NCBI GenBank assembly: GCA_951812345.1
Contig: OX638295.1
Coordinates: 681,987 to 745,986, forward strand
Source of the DNA: Rhodothermales bacterium
GTDB lineage: Bacteria > Bacteroidota > Rhodothermia > Rhodothermales > VXPQ01
Direction of reading: 5' to 3'
DNA length: 64,000 nt
Shown here: in pieces, positions 59,669-64,000 of the stretch
How the letters are laid out: each line of letters begins with the position of its first letter
Numbering within the stretch: position 1 is the stretch's first letter
Made by a program: the position numbers and the translations under genes
The notes under the pieces: generated by a model
The model's input: only the letters and a program-made list of their open reading frames with translations
Told to the model about the DNA's origin: nothing
Database searches by the model: none

Positions 59669-61696
59669 ATGGAAAACACATCCGCAAAATTCCCAATACG
59701 TCTTGTCGAAGAGTTGATTCTTCTTATGCTCGACGAACAGAGCGGATATCTGGAAATGGTTCCAGGCTGGAATTTTTCCTGCGTTATGGCGGGGGCCGTA
59801 CTTGCCGATCTTGCGCTGGAGGATCGGATAGACACCGATCTGGACGCGCTCTATCCGGTCAATTCCCGTCCCACCGGAGACAACCTGCTCGACCCGACGC
59901 TCAAGGAAATCGCCGAATCAAAAAAAAAACAGGATACGCAGTACTGGATCGAGCGGAACACGGGCCGTTCCGACGACATCGTCACGGCCACGCTCGATCG
60001 CCTGGTGGAGAGGGAAATCCTTGAGCACGAGAGCGGCGGATTCTGGGGGCTTTCCCGCTCCGTTTCCCGTTCGGGCACCTATCCAGCTTCGGATCTGAAG
60101 GTTCGGCAGGAAGCCAAGACAAGGATTCTGAGCGTCATCATGAACGACGACAGCATTCCGGATCCGCGCGACGCCATTCTCATTGCCTTGATGCATACGT
60201 GCGGCGGTTTCAAGCTGCTGCTTGAGCCGGAAGACTACGAAGAGCGGCTCGAGCGCATCGAGCTTGTCGCCAAACTGGACCTGATAGGGCGGACGGTTGC
60301 GACTGCGGTGAAGGACAGCACCGCCAAGCCGAGGACCCGCCGCGTTCTTCGGACCAAACCCATTCCGAAGCTCCGATACACCGATATTCTGCGGCAGCGT
60401 GACTTCCGCTCGGGCAATATTCCCAAGGCGATGCACGGCATTTTCCAGGAGCACGGGCCGGTCGTCGAGCTTCCCTTCAAGATGCGTAAGTCACGGGTAA
60501 TCGCCTTGATGGGGCCGGAGACCAATCAGTGGGTGAACAAGCACGGGCGGTTCTATCTTCGCTCGAAGGACTACATCAAGGATTTGGAGAGCGCGTTCGG
60601 CGCATCCCGAACTCTTCCGGGGATGGATGGGGCTGAGCACTACAGGATGCGTAAGGAGTTGAAGAGCGCCTATTCTCGCGCCTCGCTTGCGGGACGGTTG
60701 CCGGAGTTGGTCCACCACTGCCGGCAATCGCTGAGTCGATGGAATGAAGGCGATATTTTCCGTGCAGGCGAAGCCTTCCAACATCACATCAGCAGTCAAA
60801 TCTCGCATCTTATGATCGGAGTGGACTGCAGCCATTACGTCGACGAACTGCTTGAATATGAACATCGGGCGCTGGTAACGCAGGTTCAGGGTGCATTGCC
60901 GAAATTCATGTTGTCGACGCCGAAGATGAGGCGTTATGGCAAGCGCGTCCGTGAACTCCAGGAGGCGATCACCGCATCGCACACACCGGGGCAGAGGAGG
61001 GGGAAACCTGCGGACCTTGCCGACGCAATCCTCGGACTCCATAAAAACGATCCGCAGTTCCTGCCGGAAACGGACCTCACTTTTCCGTTCGTTGCGTCGA
61101 TGGTTGCCAGCATATACCTCGGAAGCGGGCTTGCTTTCGCCGTCTACTCCATGGTTCGCCATCCGGATCTGTATGCGAGGATCCGCAGAGAAGCCGAGTT
61201 GCTTTTCGGGAACGGACGCCAACCGGAAGCGGAGGAATTCAGTCATGACACCATCGATGTCACTGTCCGTCTTTACATGGAGTCCTCGCGTGTGCACCCG
61301 GTGATTCCCTGGCAGTTGAGAATGGTCATGAACGAGTGCATTGTGAGCGGCTTCCAGATTCCGGCCAAGACGATGCTCTTGATCTGCCAGACCGTATCGC
61401 ACTACTCCGACGATCTGTTCAAGACGCCGCTGAAATTCGACATAGACCGTTATCTGCCGGATCGGGCAGAGCACACGACGCCGGGCGCCTACGCGCCCTA
61501 CGGGCTGGGCACACACATGTGTCTTGGGAATCGATGGGTGGAACTTCAGATGGTCGTCAATTTATTGCTTATCGCGTACCACTTGAAGCTGGAAGTGCTG
61601 CCTGCAAACTATAAGCTCGGAATGAATCCATTCCCGACATCTGCTCCCAACAAGAAGTTGAAGTTCCGGGTCGCTCAAGTCACGGATCTGGCCTGA
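59669..61696 (+). CDS. GPP34/GOLPH3-like domain fused to cytochrome P450
   Basis: N: LVEELILLMLD..G, AGAVLADLAL..RI, PTGDNLLD, PDPRDAILIAL; C: ESSR (ExxR), DRYLP, YGLGTHMCLG; one continuous frame. Confidence 0.8.
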   Translation: MENTSAKFPIRLVEELILLMLDEQSGYLEMVPGWNFSCVMAGAVLADLALEDRIDTDLDALYPVNSRPTGDNLLDPTLKEIAESKKKQDTQYWIERNTGRSDDIVTATLDRLVEREILEHESGGFWGLSRSVSRSGTYPASDLKVRQEAKTRILSVIMNDDSIPDPRDAILIALMHTCGGFKLLLEPEDYEERLERIELVAKLDLIGRTVATAVKDSTAKPRTRRVLRTKPIPKLRYTDILRQRDFRSGNIPKAMHGIFQEHGPVVELPFKMRKSRVIALMGPETNQWVNKHGRFYLRSKDYIKDLESAFGASRTLPGMDGAEHYRMRKELKSAYSRASLAGRLPELVHHCRQSLSRWNEGDIFRAGEAFQHHISSQISHLMIGVDCSHYVDELLEYEHRALVTQVQGALPKFMLSTPKMRRYGKRVRELQEAITASHTPGQRRGKPADLADAILGLHKNDPQFLPETDLTFPFVASMVASIYLGSGLAFAVYSMVRHPDLYARIRREAELLFGNGRQPEAEEFSHDTIDVTVRLYMESSRVHPVIPWQLRMVMNECIVSGFQIPAKTMLLICQTVSHYSDDLFKTPLKFDIDRYLPDRAEHTTPGAYAPYGLGTHMCLGNRWVELQMVVNLLLIAYHLKLEVLPANYKLGMNPFPTSAPNKKLKFRVAQVTDLA

Positions 61697-61891
61697 GTGC
61701 GCAAGCTGTATGCGTTGGCGCGGACGCTATTCGGACCGTAATCGTTCTGTACGGTGTTTCCGGGACGCATGAAAAGAGTACTAACCCGCCGAAATACGTC
61801 CAGCGGCAGATTTGACGGGCAAAACGTGCGGATATAGCAGCTCCCTGTAAAGACTGCCTCACGGGGACTGGGCGCAGGGGTGCTGAACATA

Positions 61892-62147
61892 AGGATACTC
61901 TGACCAAAACCGCTTTGCTCAGCGCGCCACGTTCGCAAGTACAGGTTATCATGATTTCATCGTCGGAATCATGGGAAGCACTGCGAACTCGGGGCGTCGC
62001 GGACGTGACACGCCCTTCGGGAGGCTGCGAGGAGCACGCTGGCTGTGTCATTCCTCATTACATGGGGCCTGCCATGCTGCTTCGTCATTCCTTGCCAGCG
62101 CACCCCTCGCAAACCTCTGAACTTTGCGGATTTAATCAGAGTATCCA
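61892..62147. mobile_element. MITE-like family 1, longest copy (~256 bp)
   Basis: AGGATACTCTGACCAAAACCGC ... GCGGATTTAATCAGAGTATCC; no ORF. Confidence 0.85.
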
Positions 62148-62452
62148 TAAAATGACCCTTGCAAGGCGGATATGCCGTCCATACGTATATAACCTCTCCA
62201 AAAAAACGCATCTTCAAGGAAACTTTACAGCAAAGGCGGTCTACCATTAGGTTGTTACCGGAGAATGTGTTATGTCCGCCCCCCATGCATTCCCCGGTTT
62301 TGCCTCAGCAAGTTTTACCTGTTTCTTTGCGTTATGCAGATGCCGACACAAGTCCTTCTGGGAATCCCCAACAACCTCTATGTTTTCGATTTTGGCCGGT
62401 CCGGAACCGGTTCGGCCCCGTTCAACGGGGACGAAGCCGAAATTGAGAAAAA

Positions 62453-63055
62453 TTGGGATATGGTTCAGCAAAACGTTTCGATCAATGGTTCGAAGGGGTC
62501 GCTCTATCGCCGGCCCAAGACCATGCCGGGCATAACGGTTATCCAGAAAGATTGACTGGAGCAGATGGTTTTCCGCGGCTGAATCTTCCGGCCTGCCCTC
62601 TTCGCATCCGATCGGGGGCGGATAAGGATTCCCGATACGTCTTCGATCCTGTACGCAAAAAATATGTGCGCCTCGTTCCGGAGGAATGGGTGCGCGGGCA
62701 TTTTTTGCATTTTCTCATGCAGGATTGCGGCTACCCGCTGGCTCTTATTGCCGTTGAGATGCACTTCGAATACCAGGGCATGTCTCGTCGTGCCGACATT
62801 GTCGCGTACGATCGGCGGGGCGTTCCCTTCCTGATGGTGGAATGCAAGGCGCCGGAGGTTCGCATAGGATCGGCGGCGTTTGAGCAGATAGCGAAATATA
62901 ACAGAGTTGTCGGAGCGCGTTATCTTGCCGTAACCAACGGATTGCGCCATTACTGCTGGCAGTCTGATCGTCCGGACGATTTTATGGATCGCATTCCGCC
63001 TTTCGAAGCAGTCTCTGCAGGTGATCCTGCAAACGATACCCCCCCAACCCTATGA
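62453..63055 (+). CDS. Type I restriction HsdR N-terminal-domain protein (standalone; start uncertain, likely ~62550)
   Basis: RLNLP, FDPVRKKYV.LVPEEWVR, RADIV, VECKAP, QIAKYN, TNG. Confidence 0.85.
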   Translation: MGYGSAKRFDQWFEGVALSPAQDHAGHNGYPERLTGADGFPRLNLPACPLRIRSGADKDSRYVFDPVRKKYVRLVPEEWVRGHFLHFLMQDCGYPLALIAVEMHFEYQGMSRRADIVAYDRRGVPFLMVECKAPEVRIGSAAFEQIAKYNRVVGARYLAVTNGLRHYCWQSDRPDDFMDRIPPFEAVSAGDPANDTPPTL

Positions 63056-64000
63056 AATACCAGGCAGAGTTCGACGTGGCCATCCATGCCGTGCGCATGG
63101 CGGCGCGTGTCTGCATGTCCGTTCAGAAAACGCTGGGGCAATCCGCGATCAGGAAAGAAGATCGTTCTCCGGTGACGGTAGCGGATTTTGGAAGCCAGGC
63201 GGTTGTATGTCATGCGTTGCAGGAAGCGTTTCCGCATGATCCCGTAATTGGCGAGGAGGATTCGGACGTTCTGTGCCTGCCGGAAAACAAAAGCGTGCTC
63301 GACAAGGTGACCACCGAGGTGGCGCATGTGCTGCCCGGCGCAACACACGAGTCGGTATGCGCCTGGATCGACAGGGGCAATGCGGACGGATATTCCGAGC
63401 GTTTCTGGACGCTGGATCCGATCGATGGCACGAAGGGATTTCTGCGGTGCGATCAGTACGCTGTGGCTCTGGCGTTGATCATAGAGGGGCAGATCACCGT
63501 GGCGGCAATGGCTTGTCCCGACTTACCCTGCGATGCGCAAGGGGGCAATGAGAAGGGGGCCGTGTTTGCGGCGCACCGGGGGGAAGGAGCTTTTCAGGCC
63601 CCCCTTCACGATGCCGGGGATGCTGCCTGGCAGCCCATCCGGGTGCGTACCGTAGCAACCGGCGCGCAAGCCCGGCTTTGCGAACCTTTCGAATCGAATC
63701 ACGGCTCCCGCCGGGACGTGGCCGCCGTCGCGACGCACCTGGGTGTAGAGGCCGCCTCGCTCCGTTTAGACAGCCAGGCAAAATATGGTGTGCTGGCGCG
63801 CGGCGATGCGGATATTTACCTTCGTCTGACATCCCGGTCGGGATATATCGAGAATATATGGGATCATGCTGCGGGCGCGCTCATTGTGGAGGAGGCAGGC
63901 GGCATGGTTACGGATATGGCGGGCCGCCCGCTTGATTTTCGGTTCGGTGCGCAACTCGAGCGGAATACGGGTATTGTCGCCACGAATGGGCTTTTGCACG
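63052..64000 (+). CDS. 3'(2'),5'-bisphosphate nucleotidase / inositol monophosphatase family, runs off window
   Basis: Hand translation: KEDRSPVTVADFGSQA, GEED, WTLDPIDGTKGF, DSQAKY, IWDHAAG; ATG overlaps the upstream TGA. Confidence 0.9.
   Translation, partial: MKYQAEFDVAIHAVRMAARVCMSVQKTLGQSAIRKEDRSPVTVADFGSQAVVCHALQEAFPHDPVIGEEDSDVLCLPENKSVLDKVTTEVAHVLPGATHESVCAWIDRGNADGYSERFWTLDPIDGTKGFLRCDQYAVALALIIEGQITVAAMACPDLPCDAQGGNEKGAVFAAHRGEGAFQAPLHDAGDAAWQPIRVRTVATGAQARLCEPFESNHGSRRDVAAVATHLGVEAASLRLDSQAKYGVLARGDADIYLRLTSRSGYIENIWDHAAGALIVEEAGGMVTDMAGRPLDFRFGAQLERNTGIVATNGLLH

Noticed and set aside
62453-63055. Type I restriction-modification system
   Set aside because: Only the small standalone HsdR-N domain, common in Bacteroidota; no hsdM, hsdS or helicase gene.
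1-64000. CRISPR array or cas genes
   Set aside because: No run of identical repeats with unique equal-length spacers; the repeats found are dispersed or duplications.

Overview
Bacterial chromosome segment, GC-rich. The gene content suggests Bacteroidota/Rhodothermota (T9SS C-terminal sorting domain, TonB-dependent receptors, Cys-free bL36); this placement is an inference, not a database result. Core blocks: end of the spc/alpha ribosomal operon (secY-map-rpmJ-rpsM-rpsK-rpsD-rpoA-rplQ), relA/spoT-HU-ruvX-def, thrS-infC-rpmI-rplT-pheS-pheT-zapA with tRNA-Val(GAC), a partner-switching module, mrp-nifU and pyrR-pyrB. There are three accessory regions. (1) 10.7-17.2 kb: a tandemly duplicated metal-uptake unit (DUF2946/RAPP leader plus TBDR), one copy carrying a lipoprotein-signal/TBDR fusion. 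(2) 18.9-30.4 kb: an island with HEPN-like and DUF4041 genes, IS1595 and IS3 elements, and a ~4.64-kb segment bracketed by two direct IS1595 ends with the same 8-bp sequence (AGGTTTTT) at both inner junctions. That is the signature of a formerly circular element; it encodes a Rep-like HTH protein, two small proteins, two paralogous structural-like proteins and two paralogous AT-rich lipoproteins. (3) 53.7-61.7 kb: RND permease, Rieske oxygenase, FAD oxidoreductase and a GOLPH3/GPP34-cytochrome P450 fusion. A MITE-like repeat (AGGATACTCTGAT ends) occurs about 12 times, mostly at gene junctions. No CRISPR array or rRNA was seen. All family calls come from motif recognition by eye.
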